Below are positions 20,055-28,729 of a stretch of DNA of 64,000 bases, in pieces (within the stretch, counting starts at the first letter, position 1; each line of letters begins with the position of its first letter). A program made the translations under genes and the position numbers. The notes under the pieces were generated by a model, which searched no databases, had not been told where the DNA came from, and was given only the letters and a program-made list of their open reading frames with translations. The stretch comes from an uncultured Clostridia bacterium (lineage in GTDB: Bacteria > Bacillota > Clostridia > Christensenellales > Christensenellaceae): assembly GCA_945927325.1 (NCBI GenBank), contig CAMEMG010000002.1, positions 1,489 through 65,488 of the forward strand. The letters are read 5' to 3'.

Positions 20055-21217
20055 TTTTGCATAACAGCATTATAAGTTTTTCTGGCCACTCCCAGTTCCT
20101 CATTGGCGGGAATTACAAATACTCTCAATTTGCTTCCTGCTCCGCTCACTTCACAAATACGCCCTTTCTCCGCTTGCCCGGGCTGCGTCGCTCCCAAATA
20201 GCCAAAATAAGAAAGTACCTCGCCGCGCACCAAGCTGCTATTCTCTCCTACACCGCCGGTAAAAGCAATTGCATCTATGCCTCCCAATAATGCTGCATAC
20301 CCGCCGATATACCGAGCAATCTCCCGGCAATAAATCCGAATAGCCAGCTGCGCACGAGTATTACCCTGTGCTGCGGCCCGCTCTAAATCCCGCATATCGC
20401 CGCTGATTCCCGATATCCCCTTCAGCCCGCTTTGTGATTCCAGAGCTTCCTTTACCTGTTCCAGCGTCCATCCCTCTTTTTGTACCATATGAAAGATAAT
20501 AAAAGGGTCGATATCGCCACAACGATTTCCTTGCGGCACTCCGGCCTGCAGAGACAACCCAAAGCTGGTATCCACACCTTTCCCATCTGCAATCGCAGCC
20601 AGAGAACTGCTTCCGCCCAAATGACAGGAAACAGCCCGATATGTATTACCCAACTTTTCTTTCAACACTTCTGCCACATAAGCATGTGAAGCACCGTGAT
20701 AACCATATCGACGCACACCGTATTGTTCCTGCCATGCATAAGGCAGCGCATAAGTATACGCTTCCGGCGCCATTGTCTGATGAAATGCAGTTTCAAACGC
20801 ACCAATCAGCGGAACTTGCGGCAGCAATTTTTGAAAGACTCCGATTACTTCCAGATAACAGCGATTGTGCACCGGCGCAACTGAAAGATATTCCCGCATA
20901 CCTTCCAACACAGCCGCATCTATTCGATGTACCCCTGTATGTCCACGGGAAAGCACCGACTTAAAGCCCACTGCCTCAATCATATGCAAATGCTTTTCCC
21001 CCAATTGCTCCATAAACAGGTGCAAACCTTGTTCGTAATTTTCAATCGTTACAGTACATTGTTGCGCCCTGCCCCAATCATCCACATAGGTAAAGCTGCC
21101 GCCCGCCGCATCGCCAATGCGATCCATGCGGCACTCTGCCAGCACCTTTTCCTCCGGCATGGCATAAAGCTTAAGTTTCAGAGAAGTACTCCCTGCATTG
21201 CATACCAGTAAATACAT
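20045..21217 (-). CDS. Acetate/propionate kinase family protein (divergent)
   Basis: NAGSTSLK, APVHN, RRYGYHGASH, CHLGGSSS, FTGGVGEN, IPANEE. Confidence 0.88.
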   Translation of the reverse strand: MYLLVCNAGSTSLKLKLYAMPEEKVLAECRMDRIGDAAGGSFTYVDDWGRAQQCTVTIENYEQGLHLFMEQLGEKHLHMIEAVGFKSVLSRGHTGVHRIDAAVLEGMREYLSVAPVHNRCYLEVIGVFQKLLPQVPLIGAFETAFHQTMAPEAYTYALPYAWQEQYGVRRYGYHGASHAYVAEVLKEKLGNTYRAVSCHLGGSSSLAAIADGKGVDTSFGLSLQAGVPQGNRCGDIDPFIIFHMVQKEGWTLEQVKEALESQSGLKGISGISGDMRDLERAAAQGNTRAQLAIRIYCREIARYIGGYAALLGGIDAIAFTGGVGENSSLVRGEVLSYFGYLGATQPGQAEKGRICEVSGAGSKLRVFVIPANEELGVARKTYNAVMQNET

Positions 21218-21273
21218 AGAAACTCCCTTCTATTTCGTTTTCCAAAAAAATAAGGCGCCCGCCGGGCGCCCTG

Positions 21274-21810
21274 TCAGCCAAGAGAATGGATTGCCCCAAT
21301 CGGCCAGATCACAAACAACGCTTTGCCAATCAGATCGTCTTCGGGGATTGGGCCAATACTGCGGCTATCCATAGAGTCGTTGCGATTATCCCCCATCACA
21401 TAACAACACCCTTCCGGCACTATCGTCTGTTCAGTATCCCAATTCATCACCTGCTCCAGGGTATAATCTTCCTCCTGTTTTTCTCCGTTGACATAGAGGT
21501 ATCCGTTTTCTACCCGAATCGTATCTCCTGCCAGGCCCACCACCCGCTTCACATAAGCTCCTGAGCGCCCCGGATAATGCACAATGACAATGTCACCCCG
21601 CTGTATGTTTCCCGTATACAAAGAAATTTTCTCCACAAACAGGGTTTGCCCGTCATATAGAGTCGGTTTCATGGAATCCCCATCTACCCGCACCAATTCA
21701 AATACAAATAACCGTATTCCGATAGCCGCAATGAGCGCAATTGCAAAGCAGGCAACCAGGCTCATCACATCCTTTAAAATGCGAATCTTTTTCTCGCTCC
21801 GTTCACTCAT
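21274..21810 (-). CDS. lepB: Signal peptidase I
   Basis: TM anchor, DGDSMKPTL, YVKRVVG, MGDNRNDSMDSR. Confidence 0.92.
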   Translation of the reverse strand: MSERSEKKIRILKDVMSLVACFAIALIAAIGIRLFVFELVRVDGDSMKPTLYDGQTLFVEKISLYTGNIQRGDIVIVHYPGRSGAYVKRVVGLAGDTIRVENGYLYVNGEKQEEDYTLEQVMNWDTEQTIVPEGCCYVMGDNRNDSMDSRSIGPIPEDDLIGKALFVIWPIGAIHSLG

Positions 21811-21988
21811 GTTCAATTACCCGCTTCACACGCTTTTTCAGTTCCTCATAAGGGAGCATGACAATTCGCCCGCATCCGCTGCACTTGATTTTATAATCAG
21901 CCCCTGCACGGATAACCTGCCATACTTTACTGCCGCAGGGATGTGCCTTTTTTGTTTCTATCTGTGTCCCTATGGGATAAGCCTGCAT
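21803..21988 (-). CDS. DUF951 family small zinc-ribbon protein
   Basis: KKAHPCGS..W.VIRAGADYKIKCSGCGRIVML. Confidence 0.85.
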   Translation of the reverse strand: MQAYPIGTQIETKKAHPCGSKVWQVIRAGADYKIKCSGCGRIVMLPYEELKKRVKRVIEHE

Positions 21989-22061
21989 AAAAATTCCTCT
22001 TCCTTCCTTTTTTGTTCATTATACACCATATTTTGTTTACTGCAAACATACCATAAGTGGG

Positions 22062-22090
22062 TTGCTTTTAATTGATAAAAAGTTTATAAT
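22062..22090 (+). promoter_or_regulatory. Putative sigmaA promoter of the corA leader
   Basis: TTGCTT-17 nt-TATAAT. Confidence 0.65.
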
Positions 22091-22139
22091 TTCAATATAT
22101 GCTCCAACAGAGCAATTTTGTATGAATGAGGTAAAAAAC

Positions 22140-22229
22140 TTGGATACGGACCCTTTGAGTTGTCACAATCTGTCTGTGCGCCTGCAGGCGCAATCAAACA
22201 AAGAAGGCGGGCTGTATTCAAAAATCTGA
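22140..22229 (+). CDS. Putative corA leader peptide (29 aa, MDTDPLSCHNLSVRLQAQSNKEGGLYSKI)
   Basis: GAGGT SD 7 nt before TTG 22140 (in-frame ATG also at 22122); its stop lies between competing hairpin arms. Confidence 0.45.
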   Translation: MDTDPLSCHNLSVRLQAQSNKEGGLYSKI

Positions 22230-22256
22230 GCCCGCATAAAGAAAGCGGGTGTTTTT

Positions 22257-23192
22257 TTGATCAAAATTGTTTCTACAGTAAAAGGTGAAATGCAACTGCT
22301 CGACACTATCGAGCCTGGTTGTTGGGTACATCTCGGCAATCCTTCCGATGAAGAAATCTGCTTTGTGGCTGACCAGCTGCATATTGAAGCAGATTTTTTA
22401 CGCGATCCTCTCGATGAAGAGGAATCAGCCCGAATCGATTATGAAGAAGGCCTGAATATCGTCATCGTCGATATTCCTCATATTGTTCCTACAGAAGACG
22501 GTTTCTCTTATGAGACAATCCCTCTTGGCGTTTTTATTACCGAACAAAATCTGATTACCGTCTGTTTGGAAGAAAATGCACTGGTAGAAGATTTCTGGAA
22601 CGGGCGGGTAAAAGATTTTGATACCGCAAAGAAAACACGTTTTCTGCTGCAGCTGTTGTACCGCAATGCTACAAAATATTTGCGTTATCTGCGCATGATC
22701 GATAAGGCTTCCGACCGTCTGGAAAGCATTCTGCATAAATCCATGCGCAATCGTGAGCTGATTCAAATGCTGCGCCTCAACAAATCGCTGGTCTATTTTT
22801 CTACTTCACTCAAGGCAAACGAAGTGATTTTGGAAAAAATCATGCGCAGCCATAATATAATTAAATATGAAGAAGATTCCGACCTTTTGGAGGATGTAAT
22901 CATCGAAAACAAGCAGGCTATCGAAATGGCAAGCATCTATATGGAAATTCTTTCAGGTACCATGGATGCTTTTGCTTCGCTTGTCTCCAACAACCTTAAC
23001 ATTGTTATGAAATTCCTCGCTTCCATGACTATCGTCATGGCAATCCCTTCTATTTTTTCGGGATTCTGGGGCATGAACTTCGAAAATATGCCGTTTATCG
23101 GCAGCTCTGCCGGTTTTTATATCGTGTTAGGCATCTCGCTGGTTGCGACAGCGTTGGTGGCCGCAATTTTCTGGAAAAAGAAGATGTTCTAA
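22257..23192 (+). CDS. corA: CorA family Mg2+ transporter
   Basis: LDEEESARID, NNLNIVMKFL, WGMN signature, two C-terminal TMs; TTG start. Confidence 0.92.
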   Translation: MIKIVSTVKGEMQLLDTIEPGCWVHLGNPSDEEICFVADQLHIEADFLRDPLDEEESARIDYEEGLNIVIVDIPHIVPTEDGFSYETIPLGVFITEQNLITVCLEENALVEDFWNGRVKDFDTAKKTRFLLQLLYRNATKYLRYLRMIDKASDRLESILHKSMRNRELIQMLRLNKSLVYFSTSLKANEVILEKIMRSHNIIKYEEDSDLLEDVIIENKQAIEMASIYMEILSGTMDAFASLVSNNLNIVMKFLASMTIVMAIPSIFSGFWGMNFENMPFIGSSAGFYIVLGISLVATALVAAIFWKKKMF

Positions 23193-23279
23193 GCCGATTT
23201 GCCCATCCAGGGCATATATGTTTTCCTGCCGTGCTTTTGAGCACAGCTCGCAGAACCTAAAGGAGTACGCTAAAATTTT

Positions 23280-24578
23280 ATGGAAGAAAAATTTGTCATT
23301 CATGGCGGCAGGCCGTTAAATGGAGAGGTCCTTGTCGGCGGTGCTAAAAATGCCGCTGTTGCCATCCTCCCCGCCACTTTATTGGCAGCAGATGTTTTTA
23401 CAATCGAAAACGTCCCGCATATTGACGACGTCATCATATTGTTGAATATTCTCAACCGTCTGGGAGCAAAAATCCAGTTTAAAGATCGTACAACAGTAAC
23501 GATTGACACGCGAGAAGTAATCGACGGCAATGTTCGCCTGAATTTGGCCAAACGTCTACGCGCTTCCTATTATTTTGTAGGCGCATTGCTTGGCCGCTTT
23601 AAAGATACCGGCGTTTATCTGCCCGGCGGTTGCGATATCGGAAGCCGCCCAATTGACCTGCATTTGAAAGGATTACACGCATTGGGGGCAGAGGTCGATA
23701 CCGATTATGGAGTTTTTCACGCACAAGCGGAAAAGTTGACCGGTTGTGAAATTTATTTCGACCAGGTTTCAGTCGGTGCAACCATCAATGTCATGTTGGC
23801 CGCAGTGCTCGCCGAAGGCAATACCACGCTGATTAATGCTGCCAAAGAGCCTCATGTGGTCGATGTGGCCAACTTTCTCAATCAGATGGGAGCGCGAATT
23901 CGTGGCGTTGGCACTGATACTATTCGCATCCGCGGTGTAAAGAGCCTGCACGGCTGCAACTACAGTATCATTCCTGATCAGATCGAAGCCGGAACTTTGA
24001 TGATCGCAGCCGCTGCTACCAAAGGAGATGTGTTGGTCAAAAACATCGTCCCCATGCATATGGATGCGCTCTCTGCAAAAATGTTGGAAATGGGTGTTGA
24101 AATTGAAGAATATGATGATGCCATTCGCGTGCGCAGCACCGGCCGTCTCAAAGCTGCCAACATCAAAACTTACCCCTACCCCGGATTCCCAACTGACTTA
24201 CAGCAACCGGCTACTGTTCTGCTCAGTACCGCAGAAGGTGCCAGCGTAATTGTGGAAAATATTTTCGAAGCGCGTTTTAAACATATCGACGAGATCCGTC
24301 GTATGGGAGCACAGGTCACCATTGATGATCGCATCGCGGTCGTGCAGGGGGTGGAGCGCCTGACCGGAGCTCAGGTAAAAGCCAGTGATTTACGCGCAGG
24401 AGCAGCTCTTATTATCGCCGGTTTAATGGCAGAAGGCACAACGGAAATCTATAATATTAAATATGTAGATCGCGGTTACGATCATATTGAGGATAAACTC
24501 ATCTCTTTGGGCGCAGACATTTCTCGTGTTCCTGCAGAAGAAGAGGAATTGATGGAACTGGATTTGGATTTCCAGTAA
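23280..24578 (+). CDS. murA: UDP-N-acetylglucosamine 1-carboxyvinyltransferase
   Basis: GAKNA, LRASYY, PGGCDIGSRPIDLH, YPGFPTDLQ, DLRAGAAL, DRGY. Confidence 0.96.
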   Translation: MEEKFVIHGGRPLNGEVLVGGAKNAAVAILPATLLAADVFTIENVPHIDDVIILLNILNRLGAKIQFKDRTTVTIDTREVIDGNVRLNLAKRLRASYYFVGALLGRFKDTGVYLPGGCDIGSRPIDLHLKGLHALGAEVDTDYGVFHAQAEKLTGCEIYFDQVSVGATINVMLAAVLAEGNTTLINAAKEPHVVDVANFLNQMGARIRGVGTDTIRIRGVKSLHGCNYSIIPDQIEAGTLMIAAAATKGDVLVKNIVPMHMDALSAKMLEMGVEIEEYDDAIRVRSTGRLKAANIKTYPYPGFPTDLQQPATVLLSTAEGASVIVENIFEARFKHIDEIRRMGAQVTIDDRIAVVQGVERLTGAQVKASDLRAGAALIIAGLMAEGTTEIYNIKYVDRGYDHIEDKLISLGADISRVPAEEEELMELDLDFQ

Positions 24579-24604
24579 TTTGCTAAAGAAAAAAGAGGAA
24601 TCGT

Positions 24605-25165
24605 ATGAAAAAGTTTTTTAAATTACAGGTTGCCGGCTTGGAACGGGATTTACTGGTTTGCCCACTGAACGAAGAACTTAGTATTGCTGGTTTCATTTTG
24701 TTTGGCGATGTGGAATTAACTTCTGCCTGTGCCAGAGATTTGCTCCAATGTGCGCCTCCGCATGACATCATGATCACCGCAGAATCCAAAGGAATCCCCT
24801 TAATTCATGAAATGGCGCGGCAAAGCGGAGTCAATTCTTACGTAGTCGCTCGAAAAGGGTGTAAAGTTTATATGCCAAACCCCATCAGTGTGACCGTCAA
24901 TTCCATCACTACCAAGAATGTCCAGACGTTGTATCTGGGTCAGGCAGAAATCGATTTGCTGAAAGGCAAGCGAGTTCTTATTGTCGACGATGTCATCAGC
25001 ACCGGCGAATCGCTCAAAGCTTTGGAATCCTTGGTAGAAAAAGCAGGTGGTAATATCGTGGGCAAAATGGCAGTGCTTGCCGAAGGCAGCGCCGCACAAC
25101 GCAAGGATATTCAATTCCTCGCCCCTTTGCCTATGTTGGATAGCGAAGGAAATCCCCTTCCATGA
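24605..25165 (+). CDS. Purine phosphoribosyltransferase family protein (APRT-like)
   Basis: TAESKGIP, VARK, VLIVDDVISTGES PRPP motif. Confidence 0.85.
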   Translation: MKKFFKLQVAGLERDLLVCPLNEELSIAGFILFGDVELTSACARDLLQCAPPHDIMITAESKGIPLIHEMARQSGVNSYVVARKGCKVYMPNPISVTVNSITTKNVQTLYLGQAEIDLLKGKRVLIVDDVISTGESLKALESLVEKAGGNIVGKMAVLAEGSAAQRKDIQFLAPLPMLDSEGNPLP

Positions 25166-25213
25166 ACATGTAATTAAAAAGCGCGGTTATTCCGCGCTTT
25201 TTAATTACATGTT
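25165..25213. terminator. Long bidirectional terminator (22-bp perfect inverted repeat)
   Basis: AACATGTAATTAAAAAGCGCGG-TTATT-CCGCGCTTTTTAATTACATGTT. Confidence 0.85.
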
Positions 25214-25219
25214 TTTCTT

Positions 25220-26020
25220 TTAAGAAGCATATAGCTTTCCTACCACCCAATTGCAAAGCTTTGCCGGTAATATTTTTGCCAAAAAAGTAAACAAACGGTA
25301 TTTTACGCCAATGGTATAAAATGGGCGAGGATGACGTCTATGCGCCGCTCTGCAAATGCGTTTCGCTACATAATCAGGCGTCATTCCATTTTGTTCATCC
25401 CGCTCCATTCCCGATACCGAGCGTTCCAAACGTTCCGCATAGGGCGATGCTTCATCTATTTTTCCTTTTTCCCGAGCCGCCGTAAAGCCGGTCCGTACAT
25501 CTCCCGGCATGACAGCTAATACGCGAATTCCAAAAGGGCGCACCTCATTGGCCAACGATAATACGAACGAGTTTATAGCAGCTTTACTGGCCGAATAAAA
25601 GGCCTGAAACGGAATTGCCAATGCACCTGCAACCGAACTGACGGCTACAATGCATCCTGATCCCTGAGCACGCATATACGGCAGCACCTGTTTGGCACAG
25701 TTGAAAAAACCAAAGAAGTTTACATCCAACTGCCGTTTTGCATCAGAAAGTTCAGTCTGTTCTATAGCACCGGAAATACCGAATCCCGCATTGCTAACCA
25801 ATAAATCTATGCGCCCCTGTGCGCGATAAATTTCTGCCATGGCCTGCGCAATCATCGTTTCATCGCATACATCTGCCGCAATACAGTGCAGTCCCTCCCA
25901 TTGCTGTGGATGGCGGGATATGCCGTAAACGACATACCCTGCCTTCATTAAATGTTCAGCTGTTGCTCTTCCAATGCCGCCGGAGGCACCGGTTACTATT
26001 GCCACTTTTCTCTCATGCAT
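25220..26020 (-). CDS. SDR oxidoreductase, candidate 3-ketosphinganine reductase
   Basis: TGASGGIG, SNAG, IPFQAFYSASK, PGDVRTGFT; 8-nt overlap (ATGCATGA) with the upstream SPT-like gene. Confidence 0.8.
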   Translation of the reverse strand: MHERKVAIVTGASGGIGRATAEHLMKAGYVVYGISRHPQQWEGLHCIAADVCDETMIAQAMAEIYRAQGRIDLLVSNAGFGISGAIEQTELSDAKRQLDVNFFGFFNCAKQVLPYMRAQGSGCIVAVSSVAGALAIPFQAFYSASKAAINSFVLSLANEVRPFGIRVLAVMPGDVRTGFTAAREKGKIDEASPYAERLERSVSGMERDEQNGMTPDYVAKRICRAAHRRHPRPFYTIGVKYRLFTFLAKILPAKLCNWVVGKLYAS

Positions 26021-27209
26021 CTTCTTTCAGCACCCGTTCAATAATATCAAGTGCTTCATCCAGAAGCGCTTCGGTATGCGTTGCCATATAGCTGGTACGC
26101 AGCAAGCACTCATGCTCAGGCGTAGCCGGCGGCAGCACGTTATTTACATAAACTCCCTCATCATACAGGCGTTTCGCAGTATGGAACGTTTCCATCGGCT
26201 CATAGGTGTAGATGGGGATAATCGGCGTTGCACAAGGTGTGGGCAGTGGCGTCTGGCTTTCACGAATAGAAATACCGCGCTTTTTCAGGCCTTCTCGCAT
26301 ATACAGGGATAAATCGGCCAAACGAGTCACCAATTCCGGGCTCTCCTTCAGCACATGCAGTGCTTCCAAAGCTGTCGCACAGTTTGCCGGCGGAATCGAT
26401 GCGCTGAAAATAAAGGGACGGGAACTATGGCGCACATACTCCGCAACCCGCTTGCTGGAAGCCATAAAGCCACCCAGGCTGGCCAGAGACTTACTAAAAG
26501 TGCTCATAATAATATCTACCTGATCAGTCAAGCCAAAATAGTCGGCTGTTCCTCTGCCGCCATTGCCAATTACACCCAATCCATGCGCATCATCCACCAT
26601 GACCTTTGCTCCATAAGCTTTGGCCAGGCGCACAATTTCCGGCAAATTGGCAATATCGCCGCCCATGCTGAAGACACCGTCTGTCACGATCAGGATTCCT
26701 GCCGTCTGTGGTACTTTCTGCAGCTGCTTTTCCAGATCCTGCATATCATTATGTCTGTACCTCAGCATCTTGCCATAAGAAAGGCGGCAGCCATCATAAA
26801 TGCTGGCATGATTTTCACGGTCGCAGATAACATAATCGTTTCTCCCCACTACTGCACTGATGATACCCAAATTGGATTGAAAACCGGTTGAAAAAGTCAC
26901 CGCATCTTCCATTCCGACAAATTCAGCCAATTCTGCTTCCAATTGTACATGCATATCCAACGTGCCATTCAAAAAGCGCGAGCCCGAGCAACCAGTCCCG
27001 TACTTTTCCAGTGCCTTAATTCCCGCCTCAATGACGCGTTCGTTTGTCGTCAGCCCCAAATAGTTGTTAGAGCCCAGCATAATGCGGCGTTTGCCTTCCA
27101 TGATCACTTCTGCTCCCTGACGGGATTGCAACTGATGAAAATAAGGGTAGATATCGGCCGCGCGTACCTGATCCAACAACGGAATATCCATTTTTGCAAA
27201 AAGATCCAT
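26013..27209 (-). CDS. Alpha-oxoamine synthase, probable serine palmitoyltransferase
   Basis: YPYF, GSNNYLGL, GTGCSGSRFLNGT, NHASI, DGVFSM, VDDAHG, TFSKSLAS (PLP Lys), FSAS; GGAGGA SD before ATG 27209. Confidence 0.8.
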   Translation of the reverse strand: MDLFAKMDIPLLDQVRAADIYPYFHQLQSRQGAEVIMEGKRRIMLGSNNYLGLTTNERVIEAGIKALEKYGTGCSGSRFLNGTLDMHVQLEAELAEFVGMEDAVTFSTGFQSNLGIISAVVGRNDYVICDRENHASIYDGCRLSYGKMLRYRHNDMQDLEKQLQKVPQTAGILIVTDGVFSMGGDIANLPEIVRLAKAYGAKVMVDDAHGLGVIGNGGRGTADYFGLTDQVDIIMSTFSKSLASLGGFMASSKRVAEYVRHSSRPFIFSASIPPANCATALEALHVLKESPELVTRLADLSLYMREGLKKRGISIRESQTPLPTPCATPIIPIYTYEPMETFHTAKRLYDEGVYVNNVLPPATPEHECLLRTSYMATHTEALLDEALDIIERVLKEDA

Positions 27210-27462
27210 AAATAATTCCTCCATACAGATAAATAAAAATAATAAATACAAATTTGTCATGCAAAGCATAACTATATATCAATCATATCAGAATTTTTTC
27301 TGTTCTACAATGAAAGAACACTTTGTTTTATATGAATCTTTCTCTATTTTTATATATCCCGTTTACCGCACCTTTTGCCTGCCTGTTTTCTTTTCCAGGT
27401 GTTCGTTTTACTTATCATCGGCCGCATGCTATACTGTAATTATCTTATGCAAGGAGTCTTCC

Positions 27463-28068
27463 ATGAATAAAGCAAATAAATATTGGATTCTTTTTTCCTC
27501 CACGTTTGCCATCAGCGCATTGACTTCCGGCGGTTACGTCATCGTTTCCATGATGCGCAAGAAGTTTGTTGATCAACTTCACTGGTTGGAGGAAGAGGAA
27601 ATGCTGGATCTCACCTCCATCGCTCAATCTACACCCGGGCCAGTCGCAGTCAATGCTTCCATTTTGGTAGGTTATCGCATTGGTGGTTTAGGCGGTGCAC
27701 TGCTCACCATGTTGGGAACCATAATGCCGCCGCTCATTATCATGTCTGTCGTTGCCGTATGTTATCAAGCCTTTTGCAGTAATCTTTACGTCCGCTATTT
27801 TCTCAAAGGTATGCAGGCAGGTGTTGCTGCTTTGATCTGCAACGTCGTCGTCGATCTTTTCTGTGGTGTTTTCAAACAAAAAAGTTGGCTCAGCAACCTA
27901 TTAATGCTCGGCGCTTTCCTGCTGAATCTGCTTACGGAAATCAACGTTTTCTGGATTGCCTTGTGTTGTGCCGGTGCCGGCATCGGAAAAACGCTTCTTT
28001 TACAAAAAAAGTCTCATCAGAGTGCACCCGTTTCAAACTCACCGGAGGAACCCCATGATCTATCTTGA
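27463..28068 (+). CDS. Short-chain chromate transporter (ChrA family), subunit 1
   Basis: SGGY, AQSTPGPVAVN, GYRIGG; AAGGAG SD. Confidence 0.85.
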   Translation: MNKANKYWILFSSTFAISALTSGGYVIVSMMRKKFVDQLHWLEEEEMLDLTSIAQSTPGPVAVNASILVGYRIGGLGGALLTMLGTIMPPLIIMSVVAVCYQAFCSNLYVRYFLKGMQAGVAALICNVVVDLFCGVFKQKSWLSNLLMLGAFLLNLLTEINVFWIALCCAGAGIGKTLLLQKKSHQSAPVSNSPEEPHDLS

Positions 28069-28618
28069 ATTGTTTTTCAGTTTTTTGCAAATCGGTTTGC
28101 TTAGCTTCGGCGGCGGCTATGCCGCCATGCCTTTGGTGGAAAAACAGGTTATAGATGTGCGCCATTGGATGACACTGGCAGAATTTACTGATATTATCAC
28201 TATTGACGAGTTGACGCCTGGGCCCATAGCCATCAATGCCGCCACTTTTGTAGGCACTAAAATGGCCGGTGTTGGCGGTGCATTGGCAGCGACATTCGGA
28301 TGTATCCTGCCATCCTGCATTATTGCATTGCTAATGGCAAAGCTTTATTATAAATACCGCTCTCTGCCAATCATTACCGGCGCTCTTTCCGGGCTGCGCG
28401 CTATGGTTGTTGCTCTTATTGCCACTACCGCACTCACATTGCTAACAACGGCCTTTTTTGGAGACCATGCGCTCCCATCCGCTCTTTCCGATATCGACTT
28501 CCTCGCAGTCGGTTTATTTATCCTCGGATTCTTTATTCTGCGAAAATGGGATTTTAATCCGTTATTGGTCATGTTGGGAGCCGGTGTCATCGGTCTTTGC
28601 GTCTATCCTTTTCTATAA
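28055..28618 (+). CDS. Short-chain chromate transporter (ChrA family), subunit 2
   Basis: IGLLSFGGGY, TPGPIAINAATFVG; GGAGG SD. Confidence 0.88.
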   Translation: MIYLELFFSFLQIGLLSFGGGYAAMPLVEKQVIDVRHWMTLAEFTDIITIDELTPGPIAINAATFVGTKMAGVGGALAATFGCILPSCIIALLMAKLYYKYRSLPIITGALSGLRAMVVALIATTALTLLTTAFFGDHALPSALSDIDFLAVGLFILGFFILRKWDFNPLLVMLGAGVIGLCVYPFL

Positions 28619-28729
28619 TGTAAATATATCCGATAAGGTTTAAGTCTCCCGATGTATATTTTCCTGTGGGGCATGGCAGGTTCCTATCTACTGATAAAAA
28701 AGGAAAATAAATTAAGAATAGCAATCTAA

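Noticed and set aside
22091-22256. M-box or NiCo riboswitch upstream of corA
   Set aside because: Conserved aptamer sequences are not recognisable; the uORF plus alternative stems fit better.
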